Shown here piece after piece: positions 1 to 9,180 of a stretch of 64,000 bases of DNA; position 1 is the stretch's first letter, and the number at the start of each line of letters is the position of its first letter. The stretch is taken from NCBI GenBank assembly GCA_963781585.1, contig CAWAGQ010000001.1:1-64000 (forward strand). Direction: 5' to 3'. The translations under genes were made by a program, and so were the position numbers. The DNA comes from an uncultured Gemmatimonadaceae bacterium. Lineage in GTDB: Bacteria; Gemmatimonadota; Gemmatimonadetes; Gemmatimonadales; Gemmatimonadaceae. Under the pieces are notes generated by a model. The model was not told the origin of the DNA. It saw nothing but the letters and a program-made list of their open reading frames with translations, and did not search any database.

Positions 1-134
1 CGCGACAAGTCTATAGTAGTGTGCCGCTTCCGGGCGGGGAGGGGGAGGAGGCGGGTCAGCCGGAGAGTCCCTGGTCAGGCAACGCTGGGGGGCTGGCCGC
101 GGGTCTAAGCCCTGGGCGCTGAAGTTCATCGCGC

Positions 135-162
135 GTAACCCTTTGCTCCACCTCTGCGTATT
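135..162 (+). promoter_or_regulatory. Candidate ECF-type promoter GTAACC-N16-CGTATT upstream of the TBDR
   Basis: Sequence gtaacc ctttgctccacctctg cgtatt resembles the AAC...CGT ECF promoter pattern; motif match only. Confidence 0.3.
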
Positions 163-173
163 CTCTGAATCGC

Positions 174-3100
174 GTGCACCCGCGACCGCGCTCCCCTCAT
201 CCCGATCCGACGTCCCTCGTGCTCCGTCGGCATTCGTTCCAGCGCGGCTCCCTTTTGCACCACCTCCCCTCACTCCCGTCTGCTCCCGTGAAGACCCGAC
301 GAATCGTTCGGTGGTTGTCCCCCCTGTTCGCGTTGCTGTTCGCCGTACCCGCGGTCGCGCAGCAGACTGACATCATTCGCGGCCGCGTGGTTGGACCCGA
401 CAGCCTGCCGCTCGAGGCCGTCGCCGTGACGGCCACCTCCATCTCGGGTGGGGTGAATCGGACCGCGCGCACGGACCGCAATGGGCGTTTCACCATCTCG
501 TTCCCCGGGGGAGAGGGCGATTACATCGTCAGCTTCGTGAAGATGGGATTCGCGCCGAAACGCTTCGAGGTGAAACGCACGGCCGATCAGGAAATCCTGG
601 TGGCCGACACCCGGATGTCTTCGGCTGCGCAACAGCTCGGTGAAGTGAAGGTCACAGGAGAACGCGGCCGGGTGAACCGGAACGACAACCCGCCCGACAT
701 CAGCGGCACCGACCGACCGGTGAACGTCTCGGCCCTGACTGCGGATCAGCAGGGCGACCTGGCGGCGATGGCGGCCTCGATCCCGGGCGTGCAACTCATC
801 CCCGGCGCCGACGGCGACCCATCGGGCTTTTCGGTCCTGGGTCTGTCTCCCGACCAGAACAACACGACGCTCAACGGCATGAACTTCGGCGGGTCGAATC
901 TTCCGCGCGACGCGGCCATCACCAGCTCGCTGGTCACCACGCCGTACGACGTGTCGCGCGGCGGCTTCAGCGGCGGCCAGTTCAACATCCGCAGCCGCGC
1001 CGGCACCAACTACATCGTCCGTTCCATGAGCTTCAACGGCGATCTGCCGCAACTGCAGTGGACCGATCCGGCGGCGCGGGCGCTGGGCTCCCAATTCTCG
1101 AACCTCTCGCTGGGCGGAGGCATCGCGGGGCCGCTCAAGTACGACAAGGCGTTCTACAACCTCTCGTACCAGATCGGGCGCCGGTCGAGCGACCTGCAGA
1201 CGCTGCTCAACACGGGAGCGCTCGGCCTGCAGACGGCCGGCATCGCCCCCGACTCGGTCAGCCGGCTGCTGAACATCGTCGGACAGACCCACATCCCGCT
1301 GTCCGTGGGCGCGGTGCCGAGCAGCCGGCTGAGCGATCAGGGATCGGTGTTTGGCGCGTTCGACCTGGCTCCGCCGTCGTCCACGACCGGCCAGGCGTTC
1401 AACCTCACGTTCAACGGCAGCTGGAACAAGCAGTCTCCCGTGTCGGCCCTCACCGGCGAGCTGCCGTCGCACGGCGGCGATCGGACCAGCTGGAGCGGAG
1501 GCGTGCAGGCGCGGCACACCAATTTCTACGGGATCTTTCTCAGCGAGACCTCGCTGGGCGTGAGCGGTTCGCACAACTACGGCACGCCGTATCTGTCGCT
1601 CCCCAGCGCGAGCGTCCGGATCAACTCCACGTTCGACGACGGCACGAACGGCGTCCGGAATATCGGATTCGGCGGGAATCCCTCGCTCGGCACCAGTCAG
1701 ACGAACCTGACCGGGAACTTCATCAACACCCTCTCCTGGTTCAGCCTCGACAACAAGCATCGGCTGAAGCTGACCACCGAGCTGCGGCGCGATTCCTACA
1801 CGCAGGATCAGACGACCAACCGGCTCGGCACGTTCAGCTTCAACTCACTGTCCGATCTCGAGGCGAATGTTCCCGCATCCTACACGCGTCAGCTCTCGCC
1901 CCGCGTGCGCCGCGGAAGCCAGGTGGTCGGCGGGATGTCGCTGGGCGATTCGTGGAAGCCGACCAGCAACCTGCAGCTGCAGTACGGCGTGCGCCTGGAC
2001 GCGAATCGCTTCGGCAATGCGCCCACTCTCAATCCCGACGTCGAGCGGCTGTTCGGCGTGAGGAACGACCACGTTCCGAACCAGCTGTCGCTGAGTCCGC
2101 GCGCGGGATTCTCGTGGACCTACGGCGCGGCGCCGCAGATCGGGGCGTTCGTCGGGGCGGTGCGTGGGCCGCGGGCGGTCGTCCGCGGGGGCATCGGCCT
2201 GTTCCAGAACACCCCCGGCACGACGCTGATCGGCGGGGCGATCGACAATACGGGTTTGCCGGGGGCCGTCCAGCAGCTCAACTGCGTGGGCGCCGCCGCT
2301 CCGGCTCCCGACTGGACCGCCTACGCCACCGATCCGTCCGCGATTCCGTCCACCTGTGCCGACGGGTCCACCGGCACGGTGTTCGCCAACTCGGCGCCTA
2401 ACGTGTCACTGTTCGCCAGGGACTACCGGTCCCAACGGAGCCTGCGGTCCAATCTGCAGTGGAACGGTCCGATTCTCGGTAACCGGTTTTCGGCGACCGT
2501 AGAGGGAACGTATTCGCTGAACATGCACCAGTCGGGATTCGTCGACCTGAACTTCAACCCGGTGCCGCGCTTCCAGCTCGCCGACGAGGGCGGACGCCCG
2601 GTCTACGTGCAGCCCACCAGCATCGTGCCCACCACCGGGGCCATCGCCTCGGGGGACGCGCGCGTCTCGTCGCTCTTTTCGCGGGTCACCGAGCAGCGAT
2701 CCGATCTCAAGGGCTACAGCCGCCAGATCAGCGTGCGCCTCTCGCCGGCCACCTTCAGCACCGGCTGGACGTGGGGGCTGTCGTACGTCTACTCCGATGT
2801 GCGCGATCAGGTGCGCGGGTTCAGCAGCACCACCGGGAATCCGTTCGACGCCCAGTGGGGACGCTCGGGATTCAGCGCCCGCCACCAGTTCACCTACAAC
2901 CTGGGCTACAACCTGTTCGACCTGATGCGCGTGAACTGGTCCGGCCGGATCTCGTCGGGGAGCGCCTTCACGCCCGGCATCGCCGGCGACGTGAACGGTG
3001 ACGGCTACGCGAATGACCGGGCGTTCATCTTCGATCCCGCCCACACCGCCGACGCCGAGCTGGCGGCCCAGATGCGCTCCCTGATCTCGTCCTCGTCAGG

Positions 3101-4022
3101 CAACGTGCGGTCGTGTCTGGAGCGGCAGCTCGGACAGCTGGCCGGGCGCAACACCTGCGAAGGGCCGTGGACCCAGACGGCGGTGCTGAGTTTCTCGTTC
3201 AATCCGGTGAAGGTCCGCATGCCGCAGCGCGCCACCATTTCCTTCCAGCTTTCCAATCCGTTCGGCGCGGCGGACATGCTCCTCCACAACGACAACCACC
3301 TCCATGGCTGGGGCCAGACCGCGTTCCCCGACCAGGCGCTGCTGTACGTGCGGGGCTTCGACCCCCAGACCCAGCGCTACAAGTACGAGGTGAACCAGCG
3401 TTTCGGGTCCACGCGGCCGGCCCAGAATGCCAGCCGTACGCCGGTGCGGCTCACGGCCATGGTGCGCATCGACCTCGGCCCCGCGCGCGAGTGGCAGTCG
3501 CTAACGCAACAGCTCGACCGGGGGCGGATTCACGCCGGGACAAAGATTCCAGAAGCGCTGATCAAGGCGATCTACGGCAACGGCGGCGTTCCGAATCCCA
3601 TGGCGACGATCCTGCGGCAGGCCGATTCGCTCAAACTCAACGGCCCGCAGGCCGACAGCATCGCCACGATGAACCGCTGGTATACCATCCGGCTCGATTC
3701 CATCTGGTCGCCGGTGGCCAAATACTTCGCGTCGCTCCCCGACCGCTACGATCACGGCGAGGTGTACGATCGCTATCGTCAGGCACGGCGCACGTCAGTC
3801 GATCTGCTCGCGCATCTGGCGCCGAGTATCAAGGGTGTGCTGACCCCGGAGCAGCAGCGCATGCTGCCGACGTTCGTGTCGAGCTATCTCGATCCGCGCT
3901 ATCTGGCGGCGGTCCGCAACGGGACCGTTGGCAACAGTACGCCCTTCGGGTTCCCAGGGGGCGGATTCGACGTCGGGCCGGTCGGCGCGGGCGGTGGGGG
4001 GTTCGTGATCATTCGGGAATAG
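174..4022 (+). CDS. TonB-dependent receptor-like outer membrane protein with N-terminal carboxypeptidase-regulatory-like domain and C-terminal helical extension; real start may be GTG 288
   Basis: Signal peptide ...LFALLFAVPAVAQQ; IRGRVVG...ARTDRNGRF domain; plug-like NNTTLNG...YDVSRGGFSGGQFNI; beta-strand-rich body (LQLQYGVRLD, LSPRAGFSW, VVRGGIGLF). Confidence 0.85.
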   Translation: MHPRPRSPHPDPTSLVLRRHSFQRGSLLHHLPSLPSAPVKTRRIVRWLSPLFALLFAVPAVAQQTDIIRGRVVGPDSLPLEAVAVTATSISGGVNRTARTDRNGRFTISFPGGEGDYIVSFVKMGFAPKRFEVKRTADQEILVADTRMSSAAQQLGEVKVTGERGRVNRNDNPPDISGTDRPVNVSALTADQQGDLAAMAASIPGVQLIPGADGDPSGFSVLGLSPDQNNTTLNGMNFGGSNLPRDAAITSSLVTTPYDVSRGGFSGGQFNIRSRAGTNYIVRSMSFNGDLPQLQWTDPAARALGSQFSNLSLGGGIAGPLKYDKAFYNLSYQIGRRSSDLQTLLNTGALGLQTAGIAPDSVSRLLNIVGQTHIPLSVGAVPSSRLSDQGSVFGAFDLAPPSSTTGQAFNLTFNGSWNKQSPVSALTGELPSHGGDRTSWSGGVQARHTNFYGIFLSETSLGVSGSHNYGTPYLSLPSASVRINSTFDDGTNGVRNIGFGGNPSLGTSQTNLTGNFINTLSWFSLDNKHRLKLTTELRRDSYTQDQTTNRLGTFSFNSLSDLEANVPASYTRQLSPRVRRGSQVVGGMSLGDSWKPTSNLQLQYGVRLDANRFGNAPTLNPDVERLFGVRNDHVPNQLSLSPRAGFSWTYGAAPQIGAFVGAVRGPRAVVRGGIGLFQNTPGTTLIGGAIDNTGLPGAVQQLNCVGAAAPAPDWTAYATDPSAIPSTCADGSTGTVFANSAPNVSLFARDYRSQRSLRSNLQWNGPILGNRFSATVEGTYSLNMHQSGFVDLNFNPVPRFQLADEGGRPVYVQPTSIVPTTGAIASGDARVSSLFSRVTEQRSDLKGYSRQISVRLSPATFSTGWTWGLSYVYSDVRDQVRGFSSTTGNPFDAQWGRSGFSARHQFTYNLGYNLFDLMRVNWSGRISSGSAFTPGIAGDVNGDGYANDRAFIFDPAHTADAELAAQMRSLISSSSGNVRSCLERQLGQLAGRNTCEGPWTQTAVLSFSFNPVKVRMPQRATISFQLSNPFGAADMLLHNDNHLHGWGQTAFPDQALLYVRGFDPQTQRYKYEVNQRFGSTRPAQNASRTPVRLTAMVRIDLGPAREWQSLTQQLDRGRIHAGTKIPEALIKAIYGNGGVPNPMATILRQADSLKLNGPQADSIATMNRWYTIRLDSIWSPVAKYFASLPDRYDHGEVYDRYRQARRTSVDLLAHLAPSIKGVLTPEQQRMLPTFVSSYLDPRYLAAVRNGTVGNSTPFGFPGGGFDVGPVGAGGGGFVIIRE

Positions 4023-4070
4023 GCCAAGGGCCAGAGGCAAAGCTCAAAGGCCAAACGCCAAAGGCCAAAT
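4023..4070 (+). repeat. Degenerate heptamer tandem array (GGCCAAA type)
   Basis: ggccaag ggccaga ggcaaag ctcaaa ggccaaa cgccaaa ggccaaa directly after the stop codon. Confidence 0.75.
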
Positions 4071-4079
4071 GTTTGTGGA

Positions 4080-4175
4080 GGCTGACGGCTGCCCGCTGGC
4101 ATCTGACAGCTCTTCCTGATAGCTGATGCTCACTGCCGATGCTGATAGCTGATACCTGATAGCTCATGGCTTATC
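4080..4175 (+). repeat. Degenerate heptamer tandem array (GCTGAYR type)
   Basis: gctgacg gctgccc gctggca ... gctgata gctgata cctgata gctcatg. Confidence 0.7.
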
Positions 4176-4209
4176 GTTGATGACTGACAAACCGACAACT
4201 CCTCAATCC

Positions 4210-5568
4210 ATGCTTCGCTCCTTTCGCATCGCCATCGTCGTACTCGCCGCCAACGCGTTGCCCGCCCTGGCCCAGCAGCTTCCGCCGATCATACCGCTCG
4301 GCACCATCGTGGCCCGCTCCACCGAGGAGATGGGAAGCGTTGCCATCGCGCTGCCGATGCCGGGCGGACGCGTGCTGGTCAATGACATCCTCAAGCACCG
4401 CGTGCTGATGTTCGACTCGACCCTGGCGAACGTCACCGTGGTGGCCGACTCCACCAGCAGTACGGCCAACGCGTACGGCAATCGGAGCGGTGGACTGATC
4501 GCCTACAAGGGCGATTCCGCGCTGTTCGTGGACCCCGCATCGATGTCCATGCTGGTCATCGACCCCGCCGGCAGGATCGCCCGCGTGATGTCGGCGCCAA
4601 GGCCCACGGACGTGGTGTTTCTGGTCGGCGGGCCGAACGGGTTTCCGGCGTTCGATGCCAGAGGACGGCTGGTGTATCGGGGGCAGACGCGCCTCGCCTT
4701 TGCCCAGGCCAGGAGTGGGTCGGGACCGTCGGTGCCGGACTTTCCCGACTCGGCGGCGATCGTGCGCTTCGACCTGACGAGCCGCACCCTCGACACCGCC
4801 GCCTTCTTCAAGGTCCCGAAGATCAAGATGTCGGTGAGCCAGGACGCCAACGGACGGATGATGATCTCGTCGCAGTTCAATCCCATTCCCACGGTCGACG
4901 ATTGGGCCGTGCTCAATGACGGCACGATCGCCGTTGTGCGCGGCAGCGACTACCACATCGACTGGATCGGGGCCGACGGCACCGTTACGTCGTCGCCCAA
5001 GGTGCCTTACGACTGGCAACGACTCGATGACGACGGCAAGATGGCGCTCCTCGACTCAGCCAAGGCCGCGATGGAGAAGGCACGTGAGATGGCGCAGGAG
5101 AGAGCCAACGCCAACGGCCCGGTCGTAGCGGGCGATCGCGCCGGGAACGCCGCCACCGAGATGACGATCGTGACGCGCGCGAGCGCGACCGGCGGCACGC
5201 CGCCGGCTCGCGGCGACGCCGCCGGCCGCGGGAACGGCGCACCGGGCCAGATCCAGCTTCCCCCGATCAACATGGTCCCGATCTCGGAACTTGCCGACTA
5301 CCGGCCCGCCTTTGGCACGGCATCCGCGCGCGGGGACCGGGACGGCAATCTCTGGGTGCGCACTACCAGCCCGGTCGGCGACGCCGGGCCCGTCTACTAC
5401 GTGATCGATCGCGACGCCCGGGTCGTCGCCCGCGTCCAGGTGCCCGCCGGGAGGCTGGTGGCCGGCTTCGGGCCGGACGGCGAGGTATACCTCTCTGTCC
5501 GCGACGCCGATGGCAACGTCCACATCGAACGCGCACGAGTGAACAGGGGGGAGACGCCGGCTCCCTGA
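4210..5568 (+). CDS. Secreted hypothetical protein, probable beta-propeller (ORF track starts at 4177)
   Basis: Signal peptide MLRSFRIAIVVLAANALPALAQQ; propeller-like strands (DDWAVLNDGTIAVV, DRDGNLWVR, VAGFGPDGEVYL). Confidence 0.7.
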   Translation: MLRSFRIAIVVLAANALPALAQQLPPIIPLGTIVARSTEEMGSVAIALPMPGGRVLVNDILKHRVLMFDSTLANVTVVADSTSSTANAYGNRSGGLIAYKGDSALFVDPASMSMLVIDPAGRIARVMSAPRPTDVVFLVGGPNGFPAFDARGRLVYRGQTRLAFAQARSGSGPSVPDFPDSAAIVRFDLTSRTLDTAAFFKVPKIKMSVSQDANGRMMISSQFNPIPTVDDWAVLNDGTIAVVRGSDYHIDWIGADGTVTSSPKVPYDWQRLDDDGKMALLDSAKAAMEKAREMAQERANANGPVVAGDRAGNAATEMTIVTRASATGGTPPARGDAAGRGNGAPGQIQLPPINMVPISELADYRPAFGTASARGDRDGNLWVRTTSPVGDAGPVYYVIDRDARVVARVQVPAGRLVAGFGPDGEVYLSVRDADGNVHIERARVNRGETPAP

Positions 5569-5666
5569 CGCTCGGGAGGCGCCCGCCGCCTAACGCTTCA
5601 ATCGCGCGCACGGGGCGTTGCGGGCGACAGGGCCAGTGTTGCCCGCCCACGCCCGTGCGCGGACCG

Positions 5667-6572
5667 TCACCCGTTCCGGATGAACGTCCCCCGGCGCAGG
5701 TCGTCCATCGCCTGCCGCAGCTCGGCCTCGGTGTTCATCACGATCGGGCCGTACCAGGCAACCGGTTCCTCGATCGGCCTGCCCGACACCAGCAGGAAGC
5801 GCACCCCCTCGTCCCCCGCCTGCACCACCACTTCGTCCCCGCTGTCGAACAGGACCAGCGACCGGTTCCCGGTCTGCTCCCGCGCCACCGTTTCCACCGG
5901 ACCGTCCTTTTCCGTCAATACGCCGAACGGCTCCGACGCGTCGGCGAAATCGCCGCTCCCCTCGAAGACATAGGCGAACGCGTGGCGCCGCGTGTCCACC
6001 TTGAGCGTCTTGCGCACGCCGGGTGGGACCCAGACATCGAGGTAGCTCGGATCGGTCGAGATCCCGTCCACCGGACCGCTCTTTCCCCAGAACGAGCCCG
6101 CCACCACCCGCACCCGGGTCCCGTCATCATCGGTCTCCTCCGGGATGTCGCGCGCGGCGATGTCCTGATACCGCGGCGCCGTCATCTTGAGCGACGCCGG
6201 CAGATTGGCCCAGAGCTGGAAGCCGTGCATCCGCCCCTGCGGATCGCCGCGCGGCATCTCCTGGTGCAGGATGCCGCTCCCGGCGGTCATCCACTGCACG
6301 TCGCCCGCGCCCAGCGCCCCGCTGTTCCCCAGGCTGTCCCCGTGCTGCACCGTACCTGCGAGCACGTAGGTGATGGTCTCGATCCCGCGATGGGGATGCC
6401 ACGGGAACCCCGCCAGATAGTCGGCTGGCGTATCGTTGCGAAAATCATCGAGCAGCAGAAACGGGTCGTACTCCTCCGTTTCCCCGAACCCGAAGGCGCG
6501 GCGCAGCCGCACCCCTGCGCCCTCAACGGTGGGTCTCGACTCGATGATGCGTTTGATTGGACGAATGGACAC
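5667..6572 (-). CDS. Pirin family protein
   Basis: EGAGV...DPFLLLDDF, GFPWHPHRGIETITY, VQWMTAGSGILHQEMP, QLWANLP, EPVAWYGPIVMNT; GGAGG RBS before the GTG start. Confidence 0.95.
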   Translation of the reverse strand: MSIRPIKRIIESRPTVEGAGVRLRRAFGFGETEEYDPFLLLDDFRNDTPADYLAGFPWHPHRGIETITYVLAGTVQHGDSLGNSGALGAGDVQWMTAGSGILHQEMPRGDPQGRMHGFQLWANLPASLKMTAPRYQDIAARDIPEETDDDGTRVRVVAGSFWGKSGPVDGISTDPSYLDVWVPPGVRKTLKVDTRRHAFAYVFEGSGDFADASEPFGVLTEKDGPVETVAREQTGNRSLVLFDSGDEVVVQAGDEGVRFLLVSGRPIEEPVAWYGPIVMNTEAELRQAMDDLRRGTFIRNG

Positions 6573-6638
6573 AAATCCTCCCTGCGATGAGCAGCCGATG
6601 AAGCCTTCCTTCGCATGATAATCAGGGAGTCAATGCGT

Positions 6639-9065
6639 CTAACCGGGTCCGCCGCCCCGTCCGCCCGCCGCCGTGTGGATCTCGTACTCCTTCGGCGGTT
6701 CGGCCCCAAGCAGCCACTTCACGAAGTAGTCCCACCGCCGGCGCATCATGTAGTTGCCATCGCTGGCGTACCCATGTGCCTGGTTAGGCAGCATGATCAG
6801 GTCGAAGTCCTTGTTCGCCTTGATCAGTGCGTCGAGCACCAGCAGCGTGTTGTAGGGCGGGACGTTGTTGTCCATGGTGCCGTGGGCCAGCAGCAGGTGC
6901 CCCTTGAGATTCTTCGCCACGCTCTGGTTCGCTTCGGCTTCATAGTTGTCGGTTCCGTTCGAGCGGGTGAGCAGGCCCTGATACCGCTCTCCCCAATCGT
7001 CCTCGTATTCGCGCTGGTCGTGGTTGCCTGACTCCGAGATGCCCACCTTGAAGAAGTCCGGATAGCGGAACATCGCGTCGGCGGTAATGAACCCACCTCC
7101 CGAATGTCCCCACATGGCCGCGCGGTCGATGTCGATCCAGGAGTACCGTCGCGCCAGCTCCTTCATCCCGGCCACCTGATCGGGAATGGTGTTGTCGCGC
7201 CCCATCGCCGCGTAGTAGTAGTCGTGAAACGACTTCGACCGGTCGGGTGTGCCGCGCCCGTCGATCGTCACCACAATGAAGCCCAGCTCCGCCAGCGCCT
7301 GGCGATCGCCCCGCGCGGCCGTGAACGCGCGACTTCCCGTGCTCCCGCTCTGCGGGCCGGGATAGGCGTTGTTGATGATCGGGTACTTCTTCGTCGAGTC
7401 GAAATTCGTGGGTCGGAACATGAGACCGTAGAGGTCCGTCTTTCCATCGGCCGCCTTTACCATGATGGGAATCGGCGGCTTCCACCCCGCGGCGAGCAGC
7501 TTCGAGATGTCCGCGGTCTCGAGTGGCATGATCGGCTTGCCGGTCGTGGCGTCGCGGAGGGCCACCACCGGCGGCGTGGTCGGCGTCGAGTAGCTGTCGA
7601 CGAGATAACGGCCGTCCGGAGAGAACTGGACGTCGTGCGTGCCCAAGTCCGGGGTGAGGGACACGGCGGCCTTCCCGTCGAACCCTATTCTATAGTAGTG
7701 GCGGAAGTACGGATCCTGCCCGGGCTCGCGACCGTTGGCGCCGTACCAGATCGTGCGCGTCTTCTCGTCGACGCGCGCCACCTGCGTCACGGGTCCTTCG
7801 CCAGTCGTGATCTTGTTCTTGAGCTGCCCGGTGGTGAGATCGTACAAATACAGCTGGCTCCAGTCGTCGCGCTCGGAATTCCATAGCACCTCGTTGCTCG
7901 CCCACAGCACCCGCAGGCCGATTCGATTCTCGAATTGCGTGGCCTCGGTCTCCGTGAAGACGGTCCGGACCGATCCGCTGGCGGCGTCGGCCACCCGCAC
8001 GGTCGCCGACTTGTGATCGCGCGCGGTGGACACGAATGCCAGTTGCGCGCCGTCCGGACTCCAGTCGAGATCGCTCATGCTCAGGTTGTCGCCGAGCATG
8101 GCGCGATGGTGGTCCGGCGGCATCTGCAGCCTGACCACGCGTCCCGCGTCGACGTCGATGATCACGCGATGGATCATTGCCACTACCGAGTCACCCGGCA
8201 GCGGATACTTCCACGCGCGCAGCGCAGGATGACCCACCCGGCTCTCCACCAGGTACATTTCGCCCACGTGGCGTTCATCCTGTTGCTGTGTGGCGATCTT
8301 CTTCGAGTCGGGAGACCAGAGGAGTATCGGACGATCGCTCCCCGCCCATCCGGCGTTGTCGGTGGCGTACCCGAAATTCTCCACGCCGTCGGTGGTGAGC
8401 TGCTTCTCCTGCCCGCTGGCGACGTCGCGCACCCACAGGTTCCAGTCGCGGATGAACGCCGCTCGCTTCCCATCCGGTGACGCCACGGCATTCCCGAACG
8501 CCCCGCCCCGTCCACCGCCCCGACCGCCGCGGCCTCCGAACCCTCCTCGACCCCCTCGCCCACCGCGGCCGGTGGCGGCACCCGCGGACACGCACTTTGT
8601 GCCGCGCACGTCGCACTGCCAGCGGCGCGCATCGACGTCAAACGAGATGCTGTCCATCTTCGTGGAGAAGTCGATCGACTGGAACGGCAGGTCGTCACCG
8701 CGATACGTGCCCCCTGCCGCGGCAGACAACGCCGCCGCGACCTTCGGGTGATCGAACGCCGGCGCCCGGGTCTTCCTGGCTGGATCCACGAGGAGGAATT
8801 CAGAGCCGGTGGTCGCCTGCCCCGAGGCATCCACGACATGGGTGCTCCGGTACCAGAAGCGGTCGCCTGGCAGCCAGGTGGCGGTCGCGCTCTCGCCCAC
8901 CACCAGTCCGGTGAGACTGGGGCCGAGCATCTTCACCGCTCGGTCATAGTCGGCTGCGGTGAACTGGCGCGGCTGCTGCGCGCCGACAGAAGACGCGATG
9001 ACGATGAGCGAGAGGGCGCGGGCCGCGAGGCCGCAACGGGCTGACCACTGGGAGTCGGTTGGCAT
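6639..9065 (-). CDS. S9 family (DPP IV-like) secreted peptidase
   Basis: Signal peptide, propeller repeats (SPDGK, WSPDS), nucleophile GHSGGG, HGTMDNNV and H of the triad; start taken at MPTDSQW. Confidence 0.92.
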   Translation of the reverse strand: MPTDSQWSARCGLAARALSLIVIASSVGAQQPRQFTAADYDRAVKMLGPSLTGLVVGESATATWLPGDRFWYRSTHVVDASGQATTGSEFLLVDPARKTRAPAFDHPKVAAALSAAAGGTYRGDDLPFQSIDFSTKMDSISFDVDARRWQCDVRGTKCVSAGAATGRGGRGGRGGFGGRGGRGGGRGGAFGNAVASPDGKRAAFIRDWNLWVRDVASGQEKQLTTDGVENFGYATDNAGWAGSDRPILLWSPDSKKIATQQQDERHVGEMYLVESRVGHPALRAWKYPLPGDSVVAMIHRVIIDVDAGRVVRLQMPPDHHRAMLGDNLSMSDLDWSPDGAQLAFVSTARDHKSATVRVADAASGSVRTVFTETEATQFENRIGLRVLWASNEVLWNSERDDWSQLYLYDLTTGQLKNKITTGEGPVTQVARVDEKTRTIWYGANGREPGQDPYFRHYYRIGFDGKAAVSLTPDLGTHDVQFSPDGRYLVDSYSTPTTPPVVALRDATTGKPIMPLETADISKLLAAGWKPPIPIMVKAADGKTDLYGLMFRPTNFDSTKKYPIINNAYPGPQSGSTGSRAFTAARGDRQALAELGFIVVTIDGRGTPDRSKSFHDYYYAAMGRDNTIPDQVAGMKELARRYSWIDIDRAAMWGHSGGGFITADAMFRYPDFFKVGISESGNHDQREYEDDWGERYQGLLTRSNGTDNYEAEANQSVAKNLKGHLLLAHGTMDNNVPPYNTLLVLDALIKANKDFDLIMLPNQAHGYASDGNYMMRRRWDYFVKWLLGAEPPKEYEIHTAAGGRGGGPG

Positions 9066-9180
9066 GTTGGAGACGCCGGGAAACGGGGGCGGGCGCAGTG
9101 GGGTTCGCAGGCACGGTTGAACCCGATGACAGTGCATCGGGAAGCGGGTCGCGGCAACTCGGGGGCCCCCGGTGGAGCGG

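Noticed and set aside
5588..5640. GCCTAAC as an integron attC R'' end (the octamer matches GTTRRRY)
   Set aside because: No paired GTTRRRY end or attC-like hairpin at a suitable distance, most copies are intragenic, and there is no integrase or cassette array.
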